A stretch of DNA of 64,000 nt, taken from NCBI GenBank assembly GCA_032718475.1, contig JAUCBJ010005600.1:87755-151754 (forward strand). The letters run 5' to 3'. This document shows, piece after piece, positions 26,191-39,769 of the stretch. Source of the stretch: Nemertoderma westbladi. Taxonomy: Eukaryota > Animalia > Xenacoelomorpha. The position numbers were made by a program, and so were the translations under genes. Positions within the stretch are counted from its first letter, which is position 1. Each line of letters begins with the position of its first letter. The notes beneath the pieces were generated by a model. It searched no databases. It was given only the letters and a program-made list of their open reading frames with translations, and was not told the origin of the DNA.

Positions 26191-29003
26191 TTGATCTGCT
26201 CTCAATTAAATGCATTTCAGCCCAATGCTCTGAGATTAGCCTCGCATATGCAATCCCTCTAACGAGCAAACCATCTATTTTCACAACCGTTTTAAAGCTA
26301 CTGTAACTGACAAACTCTTAAATTACAATATTATTTAATGTAATTATTTATTTATTTATTTTATTTAGATTAATTTTATGGATCATTTATATAAAGCTTA
26401 TCCATTGGTCTTTATATCGAGTTCTTATACAAAAAATACAGTAAACAGGCGAGGAATAAATAATTTATTCGAAAAATTGATATTCCGTCACTTTTAAACC
26501 TGGAGTCAGTAAAATCAAACTTTACGGTTTGGTGGTTTAAATGGATATATTAATGTTTAGGAACTTATGGTTTGCAGTTGCGGCTAAACGGATTTTATAT
26601 TCCTTTTCCTCTCGCAAGTGTAATAAAGGTGGGTCTAACTAATTGCGTCTATATAGACCCTCATAATTCCAGTTGTGGTGGTGAACTTTAGACCGAAATA
26701 TAAACTTGTTGTGACGTCAGCAGTTAAACAATGATATCGGGACTACTTCAAAAAAAAACTTTACTCAAATAATATATATATTTATGAATACTTTTTTCAT
26801 TTTTCTATGAAAACTCCATGGCAAACAATACTTAGTCTAAGAGAATTATCATCCAAGGACTTGAATGTGATTTCCATTTAAAATACAAAAAATATGTCGA
26901 ATTTTTACCTTGTCAAATAAACAATTTAAATTTATATTATAATATTTTTAAATATCCAATTATTATTAATTACTCACGATATATCATATTTATTATAATA
27001 ATATATTATGTACATTGTACTATACAACCACATAAAATAATGAAGTATATATATAAAGTATATATAAGTATATATATATAAACATAAAATCCCTTAATAA
27101 TATATAATATAACGGAATGTTAACGTAAAGTCTACTATCTAAGCACTCATTATAAAAAATATAAAAAGATAATTGGAAAAATTACTAACAAAATATATGT
27201 AGAATGTTGAAATATTTCTATTTGACCTCAACTACGTTTAAATCGAAAATATTTTTGCCACTGCATTTCAATGTTAATGTGACTAAAAGAATCCACTAGA
27301 TGGTACAGTATTAATCAAGTTACTCAAGTTTTTAATTTTATCCGGAATGCTGGCTGCTACAGGCGCAAAAATTTAGTGGGGAAACTTTCACTTTAATAAC
27401 TTTCCCTAATTTATCTATTGGAAATGAATATTTCATCATCTAGTTTGTACAATTTTGGGCTGGTAGAAGCAATCCGGGTCGTATTATCATGATGACACTG
27501 TCGTGTTATTATATTAAACACGGCTCACACGGTGTATACAACAACATCACATTGTTAAAACCAAATGAAATGAGGCGTCATCCATTAGTATTCCATAAGC
27601 CCGAGTCTAAAAGACACCGGAACATGATTTGGGGATATCCAACTAACATGTTGGATATCTTTCATACGTAGTTAGACGGATTTGGTGAATAAGAATAATA
27701 ACATCCTCAGGTTTTCTACAGTAAGTAAATCTACCATCTCAATAAACCTCAGTAGCCGATGCAATATTGTGTAAATTCCTAATTATATAAATTATTAGCA
27801 AATAAATTAAATTAATTCAAATTTCATTGAAAATAATATTTCTAAGGTAACTATTTTGTTGACTACACCAGAAAATATGGCACAAAATGTATTTCACCTG
27901 CAAGTTTATATTACAAATAGTAATCGTAATTTTAATATAAATAATACTAATTAATACAATAGGCCTCCTCCTCCGCGCATTGTTGCGTGGTAAGTTTGAC
28001 CAACTTTATATAATTGTTGTCATTAATTATTCAAGGAGGGTATAGTTTCTCTCATTCGTTTACACGGTATGGGACCAATAAGACTGTCACTATTATCCAC
28101 ATCAACTTCGTCCTGGACTGGTAAATCTTCAGTTTTATCCTACATGGCAAATATAAAATAATATTGCAATAATATGACTGTTGTGTAATATCATTACAGT
28201 AAAGCAATACTATAAATATATATATTGGAGTTAATAGTTGAACTAGTGGCATTAAATTATTAATTGAGATCATGAATGTTACTGGATATTAGTACCTCAA
28301 TTTGGCACATTTAGTACGTCAATTAAGTTGTCTCAATGATACAGTAGACCCCCATGGGATACATTTTAGCGCATTTTAAACGATCCATTAAAATAATAAT
28401 ACAAGAGTTGTCCAGCAACCGGCTCTATACCCCTACTCCTATGAATGGAATTAATAATAAAATAGGTAGGAAAATCGCAAAGTGAAATCTAATAATTATT
28501 GAACTCACTGTGAAACACATGCCATTGATTTGTATCCAATCACCACGGGAATGAGAGTGATCTGATGCCGATGTCACTGAGCAACTTGATGTTGTTGGCG
28601 ATGTTATCTGCGAATGTCGAAATGTAACCAAATTAATATTGTCATAAATCATCATGAATATTATTTTAACAGATGAAAATATCACAATTGAATGCAGAAG
28701 CGACGCCTGTACTCGTTCACATTATCATAATGAAACAAACATAAGGAATTATCCTATTCCAAATTAATAAAACTGGTCTTTTTTATACAGGATACGCTTC
28801 ATACATAATAATGTTTCATGTCTACCTAGAACTATTGATAATCAGTAACACTGTTCATCCAAGTTTTGTTACGATTTATGAGTTTTTGTATAACTTTTGT
28901 GTCCAAAATCATATACACCGGAGTCGTAATAATAATTCAACAAGTTTCTTGGGAAAATTAACTTTTTATTTATTTTTTTTATCTATCTTACTTTATTGAT
29001 ATA

Positions 29004-30310
29004 CTAAGCCTTAGTAGGTGTTCTGGTAGTGTAAGGAAGGATACTTACCGCTGTCATAGAGTAGGAAGTTTCAAAGTCTGTTGGGAATTCCGTATAATTG
29101 CTGTTTCCGTTAAAATTATGATAAGAGTCATTTGTAGACCACACGTGACTTGGGAGTGACGCATTCGAGTTATAGGGATTAGATATGTTGAGTAAACTTG
29201 GGGAGATGTGATAGGTTGTCGGTGTTTGGTGGTCATCCGCGGTAACACAAGAGTTTGTGCAAGGCAGGTGGAATTCTGCAGTCTGCAGGTAGGCTGATTG
29301 TGTTTGGTCACCATTACCACTTGGAGATACAAACGAGTTTGAGGGTGGCAGGTGAAACTCGGTAGAATGCTGGTAAGTTGTCGGTGTGGTCTGGTTGTCG
29401 TTCGTTTCGGTAAAACTGGTGGATGGAATGTGAAAGGAGAATAAACCAAAATCATCGGTAGTCGGTGGACTCTCGGGTCGTTTGTCATCGGAAACCAAAG
29501 GTTCAGACTGCATACTCTCGGTTGTATCCAATGCTTGATATTTTTGTGCTGATGGTATTGGTTGACTATTTGGCACAGGGTTACTTGGACAAGGGTCCGT
29601 GTTTGGCACATGGGTATCTGGTATGTTGTAATTATTGAGTCCAGATAAATTACGTTTTGGGTAGCAGTTTCCGGTTGTGAATGTTCCCGGGTAACTACTT
29701 GATACAGGTGAGCCTGGGCTTTGGTAACAGTTTGGAACAGTTGAGATGGGAGTTTGGTGACAGTTTGTGCCTGGACTTGGGTACGAGTTGTTTGGCATAA
29801 GGCTGGGATAGCAGTTTTGTACAGTTGCGCTGGGGCTGTTGTGGCAGTTTGGTATAGGTGTACCTGGGTTTTGGTATGAGTTTGGCATAGGTGTGCCTGA
29901 GTTAGGGTATGCATTTGGCAGGGGTGTGATGTCAGTACTAGGGTAGCGGTTTTGTAGAGTTGGGCTTGGGTTATGATGGCAGTTTATCAGTGGTGCACCT
30001 TGAAGTTGGTATGAATTCGACACAGGTATTCCTAAACTTGGGTAACAGTTTGGAGCAGGTGTACCTGGGCTTAGGTAGCAGTTTTGTACTGTTTTGGTGG
30101 GGTTATGGTGAGAATTTTTCACAGGTGTGCCTGGATTAGGGGGGTAACTATTGGGAACAGGTGTCCCTGCTCGAGGAGGGGAGTAACGGCTTGTATAACT
30201 GCTTTGTAGAGGAGTGGACTGGCAGCCAATATTAGGCTCACTATTAAACGATGATGGTTGGCTGTAAACTGATGACATGAATGAGTCTTCGTGTATTTCA
30301 TTAGAGCCGC
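29004..30310 (-). CDS. SMEK/PPP4R3-like gene, putative last exon: low-complexity Pro/Ser/Asn/Cys/Tyr repeat tail
   Basis: ~435-codon open frame; acceptor tttAG at 30312-30311 is phase-compatible with exon 30614-30822; repeated CYxxPGTPxPN-type motif. Linkage to SMEK is inferred from splice phase only. Confidence 0.7.
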
Positions 30311-30613
30311 CTAAATTAAATAACAATTAAAGGTATATCAATAACAACACTAATAATATAAATTAATAGTTTAAAAATAGATAAATATATGGCCATTTCA
30401 TTGCGCTTTTAAGAAACGGAATTTCTTTCTACACACATTTAACTTGATTTGATTTGTCATTAATGACATTATTATTGGTTCGCAGCAAACTTAGCCCGCG
30501 TTCAAGAGGACATTGTCACAAACCTTATTAGTTTTTTTATTAAATAATTAATAATGCAAAATCTTCAGTTTGTTTAGCGGACGTTATGGATGGGCTAACT
30601 TATTATCACCAAC

Positions 30614-30822
30614 CTGCTATCCTGATGCTAGTGTTAAGATCAGACATAACAGAAGTGTTAATGGGATAGGCTGCTGGTGATTGGATAGAGTTAACGTTGG
30701 TATGGCGACATGATGTGTAGTAATTTTGATGGATCGCTGTTGGATCTGGAAACCGACAGTTGTAATATTGTTGCCTCGGTAACGGTGTTGGTATAGGAGG
30801 AGACAGGGTAGTTGGTGTGAAA
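30614..30822 (-). CDS. SMEK/PPP4R3-like gene, putative penultimate exon
   Basis: ttttAG acceptor, G|GTTGGT donor; open (FTPTTLSPPIPTPLPRQQYYNCRFP...) in the phase-2 frame left by exon 44082-44251. Confidence 0.65.
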
Positions 30823-30968
30823 CTAAAAGGAAAAATACATATATTATTTAATTAATGCTGCGATTATTATAAAAAACTCAGGAAATTTGGTATTTTATGA
30901 AAAAGGTGGAGGGGGTATAGGAAGGCATTCAAATTGGAGGAATATTGATATGTTAATGTGCATGCCAA

Positions 30969-31240
30969 AAGTAAAGTAAAGAAAAGTAAATTTTCTTCGG
31001 CCGCTAGGCCAGGGATTACGCACAAAGTCTGACGACTTATTTCCAATGCGGTCCCCCCAGAATTTGACTCCCCAGAGGAAACTTCAGTACTCATTTAGCT
31101 ACCACTTAAGGATGCAAGGCAGAGATGCTGGTCCCTTTAAAGCATTCGTGCCGAAACGAAAACTACCCTGGCCTATGTGAGGATCGAACCCACGACCTAC
31201 AGGGGATGTGAATTCAATGCAACCACTACACCAAGGTGGA
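30969..31240 (-). mobile_element. tRNA-derived SINE, copy 1
   Basis: Minus strand begins with A box TGGTGTAGTGG and B box GGTTCGATCC, ends in a (TTTAC)n-like tail; homologous to 44553-44812. Confidence 0.75.
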
Positions 31241-31629
31241 ACCTTAGAAAACCCAGAAAGCCAAAGAAAACAATGTTGACATTTTGCACATTTAAATCAA
31301 ACTTTTTAACAATATAAAACTTTGATATAACAAAAGCATTTTTACATTACCGGTCGGTATATAACAGTGGCTCTGCATCAATATACTGTTCTGTAGGGAA
31401 ACTTTTTCATACTAAAAACTTTCATCCCTTCCCTCTTTATTCCTGTAATTTCGGTCCCTAGAAATTTCCCTAGGGGGGGGGGGGGGGGGGGGGGTTGTAA
31501 TTTCCCCACACGCCTGTGAAGATAATTATTAGGTAACACAATTGCAAATCTATCTCGAAGCGACATGCTGCATTGCAGCTGCATTATATATGTATTCCCA
31601 AATATTAAAATATATTATTACAACGCAAC

Positions 31630-33470
31630 AGGTTGCCTCAGAGGACTGGTCATCCCACTTCAGCAGTCTACTTACTCGCGACGTCGACACCAAACTCCCC
31701 GTCCTACCGGAACAACCAATACCATTCCTGGACCACCCGATAGACGCAGATGAAGTTACCTCCGCCGTTCATTCACAGAAGAATCACAAAGCTGCGGGTC
31801 CCGACGGGGTTTCTAATGAATCTATGAAACTCGGTTTCAGTTTTCTTCTTCCATTTCTCCTCACTCTGTTCTCGACGTGTCTGTCGGCGGCAACCTGCCC
31901 GGCCCTTTGGCTGACCTCATATCTTCTCCCCCTTTATAAAGGAAAGGGCCCTAAAGTCTCCCCGAATTCGTATCGGGGAATCGCTCTACTTTCCTGCCTA
32001 CTAAAGACATACACGACTATATTATATAATCGGCTATACCCCTGGACCGAATCCTCAGGAATTCTCCCAAATTGCCAGTACGGTTTCCTCAAGGGGCGTT
32101 CTACGATACAAGCGGCTACGAAGCTGATTACACTAATCCGAGAGACTTTGCGAAACCCCGGAGGACACGTGTACTGCGTGTTCGTCGACTTTTCAAAAGC
32201 TTTCGACTCGGTTAACCGCAGGAAGCTATGCTTCAAACTCTCCAAGTTGGACGTCAGTCGGGCGTTCATCGCTGCCCTCTGGGCACTGTTATCAACCAAC
32301 TACGTCTGCATCTGCCATGGTGTTTTCGTCATGGACCCCATAACACAAACGATTGGAGTTGTCCAGGGAGATAAACTGTCACCTCTCTTGTTCAGTCTAT
32401 TTCTCTACGATCTCCCAGTTGTAATACTCGCTGTTGGGTGCCTCCTGTTCATGTACGCTGATGATGTAGCCATCACCGGAACCACCATCGCAGAAGTACA
32501 AGCGGGACTCGACAACCTCTCCGACTATTGCAAAGAATACGATCTGATCGTTAATAAATCCAAAACAAAGGCCATGAAATTCCGGCGCGGTGGTCGGCTT
32601 TGTAAGTCGGACATCCTCATGTACCAAGGATCGCCTCTCGAGTTCGTCAACTCTTTCGAGTACCTCGGAGTCGTACTGACAACCACTGCTTGTGCGTCCG
32701 GTCACTACACTCACCTGCATAAACGAGGGATCTCCTCCTGCATGAGATTGGCTTCCCGGGTCAATTTCAATAACATATCAATTGTAACAGCTGGTCGATT
32801 GTGGCGCGCGGTTGTCCTTCCGTCTACCACATACGGTTGCTCCGTCTACGGCGTTTCCGCGGCCGACGCGCCCAGCTTACCACACGTGGAGCTCGTTCGC
32901 GCGTTCTACTGGAAACTGTGGTGCGGGGTGAGCAAATACGCCTCCACCACGGCAATCCTAAACGCGGTCGACCGCCCTGCAGAGAACGGCGAGCTCTCCC
33001 TCCTCGAACTCAGAGGCTACAGGCGCCGCGCTGCAGCCCAATTCATCTCCAATGGCTCGCACCACAAGCTCTGCCGCAGTAAAGGGTGTTGGCGGCCGAC
33101 CCCCACATGCGTCTGCCGTCTCTGCGACGACCAGGCGACGGACAAGGACCACGGCCTCAGTTGCACTGGCGTCCCGACTCTACTAACAACAGTAAAACGC
33201 TCACTGTTCCTGTACGCCGTGAAATGATCTATTCTAATTTTTACACGATCTATTTTAAAACTTCCCCCAGCCACGCTATAACCAAACATAAAATTGTACA
33301 ATATTTCAACCGTGCAACGACATTTTATTATATTATATATATTTTTACTATTTTTATTATATTATTTATTCATTTTATTATATTATATATATTTTTACTA
33401 TTTTTATTATATTATATATTCATTTTATTATATCCCCATCCCCAAATAACCTATAAATAATGTGTATCCC
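31630..33470 (+). mobile_element. 5'-truncated non-LTR retrotransposon (RTEX-like) with uninterrupted RT and C-terminal Cys/His finger
   Basis: ORF to 33227 with KAAGPDG, NSYRGIALLS, QYGF, FVDFSKAFDSV, GVVQGDKLSPLLF, YADD, FEYLGV and HHKLC...CWRP...CVCRLC...H...C; AT-rich 3' UTR; no endonuclease domain. GC-rich relative to flanks. Confidence 0.92.
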
Positions 33471-33614
33471 ATTTTCCATTATCTGTCATACAATACAGTA
33501 TTATATGGTCACATAACAACTTTCATATTTTACAGTAGGCCTACCTACCTTTATGTGCATGTTTATTTTATTTACACCATATGTTGGTATTAAAGCTTTC
33601 GTTTCAAAATATAT

Positions 33615-33880
33615 TATTTGTCGGCTAGTCGACAAAATTGCGCCAACATATCTCCCTATCCCCCAAGACTTTCGCAAGATTATCCGCATCTTCAAAGCCC
33701 GCGTCCGTCTCAAGAAAATTATGGACTGGCTTGCTAATTTTCTCCATGATGCTGACGAAAAACAATATTATTATGCACCGGCTGGTCCTCACGGCGCAAG
33801 CAATGTCCTGCGAAGTGGACATTACGGTTCTGTTCATGTGTGAAGCCTGTGTGGGTGGACCAATGAGGTATATGAGGTCC
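33615..33880 (-). mobile_element. RTE LINE 3'-end fragment
   Basis: Minus strand ttcttgagacg...ttgaagatgcg...gatagggag...ggcgcaattt...agccgaca is homologous to the 3' end of the RTE at ~43497-43606. Confidence 0.7.
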
Positions 33881-34944
33881 AATTATACTTTACATATTTT
33901 TAGCACAGATTCTTTTTATATTTATAGTATTAGCACCGCCATTCATATAGACATTAATTTTGAAACATTTTATGAGCACAAAAAGGTAGATTTTTCTGTA
34001 AACTTATTTATTCTCTGAAACTGAACCCATATCTGGCATATTATATTTATGATATTATCATTATGGTACATATTAGGATAAATCGGTGACCATGTCACGT
34101 TCTCATTTACACTGGGACTCTCTATTCCTAGTCCAACCAAACCAAACCCGTCAGAATTTATATGTTCGGCGTCTTTTCCAATACAATGTTTTGCTTCCAT
34201 GTCAATTAGCCTACTTAGTATGTACTACAGTAGGGAATCAATTCGATTTCTATGTTGGCAGGAAGGTAAAGGTAACATAATTAACACGTACAGTAGTATA
34301 TAGTGTATATATTAGGATTGATACTACAGTATTTCGGATTGATCTCCGCGTCAACAAACTGCAGGCAACGGAAACGTGGTAAATTAAACCGTTTCCGCTT
34401 ACAAATACAGCGACCAATATAAATAGTAGCGCGCAGTTCACCAAACAACACTTTCCTATCCAATCTAAGTCTCTCCCTAAGTAACTGAGTGGGGTGCTAG
34501 GCAGTTACAATCATCGTTACAAAATAATTTAATTTCTTGGTAATATAAAAAATGCGCACATTTTTTCATTACAAATTGTAACCTTTCTGTCTAAAATTAT
34601 TATGAAACAATATATATATATATATATTTGTATAAATTCTAACAGTATATTTATAGTAATATAATTTAAAAATTAGTCTTGAGATTACATATAACAGTCG
34701 TGGCGCCACCAGACAGCATCTCAAGGTTGGGTGTAGAGAAACATTCACCCGCAGGGAATCTTCGCCCGCTAATTACTAATGAATGGAAAGGAGCAGGTTA
34801 CTTAGGCATGTGATTCTAACCAAAACAGTAAACGGGAGTCAATAGCATAGGTGACAGTTCCATATCCACCCAGCCACTTAGGTAGTCACTAATAATAAGT
34901 AATATGATATAAATTGTAATTATTAATAGGGTGAGTACTCCACC

Positions 34945-37657
34945 CGCGAGGCTGCTTGGAGATATATCCGGGTCACATGGACATGTTTGCGAGGCTGCCT
35001 GGAGATATATCCGGGTCACATGGACATGTTTGCGAGGCTGCTTGGAGATATATCCGGGTCACATGGACATGTTTGCGAGGCTGCCTGGAGATATATCCGG
35101 GTCACATGGACATGTTTGCGAGGCTGCCTGGAGATATACCCGGGTCACATGGACATGTTTGCGAGGCTGCCTGGAGATATATCCGGGTCACATGGACATG
35201 TTTGCGAGGCTGCCTGGAGATATATCCGGGTCACATGGACATGTTTGCGAGGCTGCCTGGAGATATATCCGGGTCACATGGACATGTTTGCGAGGCTGCC
35301 TGGAGATATATCCGGGTCACATGGACATGTTTGCGAGGCTGCCTGGAGATATACCCGGGTCACATGGACATGTTTGCGAGGCTGCCTGGAGATATATCCG
35401 GGTCACATGGACATGTTTGCGAGGCTGCTTGGAGATATATCCGGGTCACATGGACATGTTTGCGAGGCTGCCTGGAGATATATCCGGGTCACATGGACAT
35501 GTTTGCGAGGCTGCCTGGAGATATACCCGGGTCACATGGACATGTTTGCGAGGCTGCCTGGAGATATATCCGGGTCACATGGACATGTTTGCGAGGCTGC
35601 CTGGAGATATATCCGGGTCACATGGACATGTTTGCGAGGCTGCCTGGAGATATATCCGGGTCACATGGACATGTTTGCGAGGCTGCCTGGAGATATACCC
35701 GGGTCACATGGACATGTTTGCGAGGCTGCCTGGAGATATACCCGGGTCACATGGACATGTTTGCGAGGCTGCCTGGAGATATACCCGGGTCACATGGACA
35801 TGTTTGCGAGGCTGCCTGGAGATATACCCGGGTCACATGGACATGTTTGCGAGGCTGCCTGGAGATATACCCGGGTCACATGGACATGTTTGCGAGGCTG
35901 CCTGGAGATATACCCGGGTCACATGGACATGTTTGCGAGGCTGCCTGGAGATATACCCGGGTCACATGGACATGTTTGCGAGGCTGCCTGGAGATATACC
36001 CGGGTCACATGGACATGTTTGCGAGGCTGCCTGGAGATATACCCGGGTCACATGGACATGTTTGCGGGGCTGCCTGGAGATATACCCGGGTCACATGGAC
36101 ATGTTTGCGAGGCTGCCTGGAGATATACCCGGGTCACATGGACATGTTTGCGAGGCTGCCTGGAGATATACCCGGGTCACATGGACATGTTTGCGGGGCT
36201 GCCTGGAGATATACCCGGGTCACATGGACATGTTTGCGAGGCTTCCTGGAGATATACCCGGGTCACATGGACATGTTTGCGAGGCTGCCTGGAGATATAC
36301 CCGGGTCACATGGACATGTTTGCGAGGCTGCCTGGAGATATACCCGGGTCACATGGACATGTTTGCGAGGCTGCCTGGAGATATACCCGGGTCACATGGA
36401 CATGTTTGCGAGGCTGCCTGGAGATATACCCGGATCACATGGACATGTTTGCGAGGCTGCCTGGAGATATACCCGGGTCACATGGACATGTTTGCGAGGC
36501 TGCCTGGAGATATACCCGGGTCACATGGACATGTTTGCGAGGCTGCTTGGAGATATACCCGGGTCACATGGACATGTTTGCGAGGCTGCCTGGAGATATA
36601 CCCGGGTCACATGGACATGTTTGCGAGGCTGCCTGGAGATATACCCGGGCCACATTGACATGTTTGCGAGGCTGCCTGGAGATATACCCGGGTCATATGG
36701 ACATGTTTGCGAGGCTGCCTGGATATATACCCGGGTCACATGGACATGTTTGCGGGGCTGCCTGGAGATATACCCGGGTCACATGGACATGTTTGCGAGG
36801 CTGCCTGGAGATATACCCGGGTCACATGGACATGTTTGCGAGGCTGCCTGGAGATATACCCGGGCCACATTGACATGGTTGCGAGGCTGCCTGGAGATAT
36901 ACCCGGGTCATATGGACATGTTTGCGAGGCTGCCTGGAGATATACCCGGGTCACATGGACAAGTTTGCGGGGCTGCCTGGAGATATACCCGGGCCACATG
37001 GACATGTTTGCGAGGCTGCCTGGAGATATACCCGGGTCACATGGACATGTTTGCGAGGCTGCCTGGAGATATACCCGGGTCACATGGACATGTTTGCGAG
37101 GCTGCCTGGAGATATACCCGGGTCACATGGACATGTTTGCGAGGCTGCCTGGAGATATACCCGGGTCACATGGACATGTTTGCGAGGCTGCCTGGAGATA
37201 TACCCGGGTCACATGGACATGTTTGCGAGGCTGCCTGGAGATATACCCGGGTCACATGGACATGTTTGCGAGGCTGCCTGGAGATATACCCGGGTCACAT
37301 GGACATGTTTGCGAGGCTGCCTGGAGATATACCCGGGTCACATGGACAAGTTTGCGGGGCTGCCTGGAGATATACCCGGGCCACATGGACATGTTTGCGA
37401 GGCTGCCTGGAGATATACCCGGGTCACATGGACATGTTTGCGAGGCTGCCTGGAGATATACCCGGGTCACATGGACATGTTTGCGAGGCTGCCTGGAGAT
37501 ATACCCGGGTCACATGGACATGCTTGCGAGGCTGCCTGGAGATATACCCGGGTCACATCGACATGTTTGCGAGGCTGTCTGGAGATATACCCGGGTCACA
37601 TGGACATGTTTGCGAGGCTGCCTGGTGATATACCCGGGTCACATGGACATGTTTGCG
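34945..37657. repeat. Tandem satellite, 43-bp unit, ~63 copies
   Basis: Unit gcgaggctgcctggagatata(t/c)ccgggtcacatggacatgttt. Confidence 0.98.
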
Positions 37658-37791
37658 ATCACACTCAGTCCACGAGATTCATCGTAATAACCAGAAATGA
37701 GACGATTATTCTGAGTTTTTACTGTCATGGTAACTAACGAACAAACGAGTGCTTTACATCTTTATATCAATTAATTTCTGCCACTAGGGCC

Positions 37792-38087
37792 CACAGAATT
37801 GGTGCAGTAGACAGACACACAGAACTGGTGCAGTAGTCAGACACACAGAACTGGTACAGTAGTCAGACACACAGAACTGGTACAGTAGACAGACACACAG
37901 AACTGGTGCAGTAGACAGACACACAGAACTGGTGCAGTAGACAGACACACAGAACTGGTGCAGTAGTCAGACACACAGAACTGGTACAGTAGACAGACAC
38001 ACAGAACTGGTGCAGTAGACAGACACACAGAACTGGTGCAGTAGACAGACACACAGAACTGGTACAGTAGACAGACACACAGAACTG
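37792..38087. repeat. Minisatellite, 26-bp unit, ~11 copies
   Basis: Unit acagaactggt(g/a)cagtag(a/t)cagacac. Confidence 0.95.
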
Positions 38088-39135
38088 AACAAAAATTGAT
38101 ACTTGAGCGGACCAAAAATGTGTATGTCATTAGCAGGGATGTGATACACTTGGTGGTGGAAAACCCCCATGTCTTTGAGTCTGTACCTAACTAGCACACC
38201 AAAAACATAGTTCGGTTGGAATTAATGATGTCTAGACGGGACACCCAACCACAAAAATCAACTAAGAACTCCAGACCACTCACTCACTACAATGCTTTTT
38301 ATCTGAAAATATATACTGCCTTTAACATACTAACATTCGACTGGGAGCAATTACTTAGCTGAAAATGCCAACGACATGGAATTCCGTGGTTTAGGGATGT
38401 GATTTAGTGTGTTGGGCCTCAAACTGTGGTGAGATGAGAATGTAAAGTACTGTATGTACGAGAGAGAGAGAGAGAGAGACCACCAACTGGTTGGTTTTCC
38501 TGTGACATGTCGGTCACCACCCAACCACTAATGTAGGCCTCCTTTACTATAAATAGCAATAGTTTAAGACAGTCAGGACATTATATCATTAATTCGATTC
38601 ATGATAAAACTATTAAGTCTTGCCAAAATTGTATTACATTAGAAGTTATTCGCTCCGTTTTATTTATTACCGGTACATATATTTCAGTCACTTTATTAGT
38701 AATATTCTCGTATACAGGTCTACACTTGTATTGTTGTTTACATGAAATATCAGTGAAATATAAACCTACCTGTTACCAATAGTGCAATAGTTAATTTTCC
38801 AACTGTTACGACAAAAGATAAACAACACGATTTTTGATTGATTACATTGGTGATAACAAATGCAACGTACCGGTTTAGGTTTAACCGTGTTTAAATTTGT
38901 TTTACCAAATTTATATATGTAATATGTATGATCACTAATCACTATGCATCGTACTGTAGCTGTTACAGTACTACAGGTATTTGGCGCTATTGAAATAAAA
39001 AATACAACTATTATTATTATTATCAAACAAATTGATAACATATAGGGAGGGAGTTTTGTAACAAAGTGCGTAATACATAAGCTAATAATAAATATAAATA
39101 AACAATGATATATTAATTGTATTTAACTCGATACC

Positions 39136-39636
39136 ATGGCACTAATGAAGCGATGCTGTTTCTGTTGGAGTCTGCGGGGTGGATCCTATCTGTCTGCCAT
39201 CCACGTTATCATAAACTATATAATTGGATTCGCGCTAATCGCATGGCAACTGGCTGCTATGAACGCCCACATAGTTGTAAACGGCTGGTACGAACAACCA
39301 ACGCTCATTAAAATATTCTTCATCCTCTTCATCCTACGACTGTTTTTCTACCTTTTCGTTATATTTTCATCGTTTCTTCTCATCTACGCGGTCTACAACT
39401 ACCAAGCAAGCAGGTTCCTACCGTGGATTATATCTGTGCTTATAAGTTTCCTATACGATGTACCAGTGATGGCTTTATTCTGGGGGCTTCTCTGGCCAGA
39501 TATGGGTGTTTATTTCAATATAGAAACAATATGGCTAATATTCTCTGTCGTTATGTACGCACTGTTTACGTTGCTTACTGTCTACGCTTTAGCATGCGTT
39601 TACACTTATTATAGAAAAATTAAATATTACGCCTGA
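39136..39636 (+). CDS. Intronless four-transmembrane protein (LAPTM/DUF4728-like), nested antisense in a SMEK intron
   Basis: 166-aa ATG-to-stop ORF; N-terminal RCCFCWSLRGG motif and four hydrophobic segments including LLIYAVY...FLPWI and C-terminal CVYTYY, typical of this tetraspan group. Confidence 0.75.
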   Translation: MALMKRCCFCWSLRGGSYLSAIHVIINYIIGFALIAWQLAAMNAHIVVNGWYEQPTLIKIFFILFILRLFFYLFVIFSSFLLIYAVYNYQASRFLPWIISVLISFLYDVPVMALFWGLLWPDMGVYFNIETIWLIFSVVMYALFTLLTVYALACVYTYYRKIKYYA

Positions 39637-39769
39637 AATCGTGTACACATTATATTTGTTTCTTGGACTACAAAACGCTTACAATGCAACTCGTCTTAAA
39701 TATGATGACACATTACAAGCCGTTGCTTTTTGAGCTACTCTCACGTTCCACCCCAACCGAATAGCTTTT

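Noticed and set aside
19104-26306. Cys-rich or PAGGRLNPVCAVSVA repeat proteins as real genes
   Set aside because: Translations of the satellite; the feeding LINE frame is broken and the array has indels and stops.
31170-31240. tRNA genes here and at ~59800-59872
   Set aside because: A/B boxes are present but no convincing cloverleaf; the first is attached to a repeated body and tail, so both are better explained as SINE heads.
34931-37737. Long ORFs in the 43-bp array
   Set aside because: Unit is not a multiple of three and all frames cycle through the same peptide; repeat artefact.
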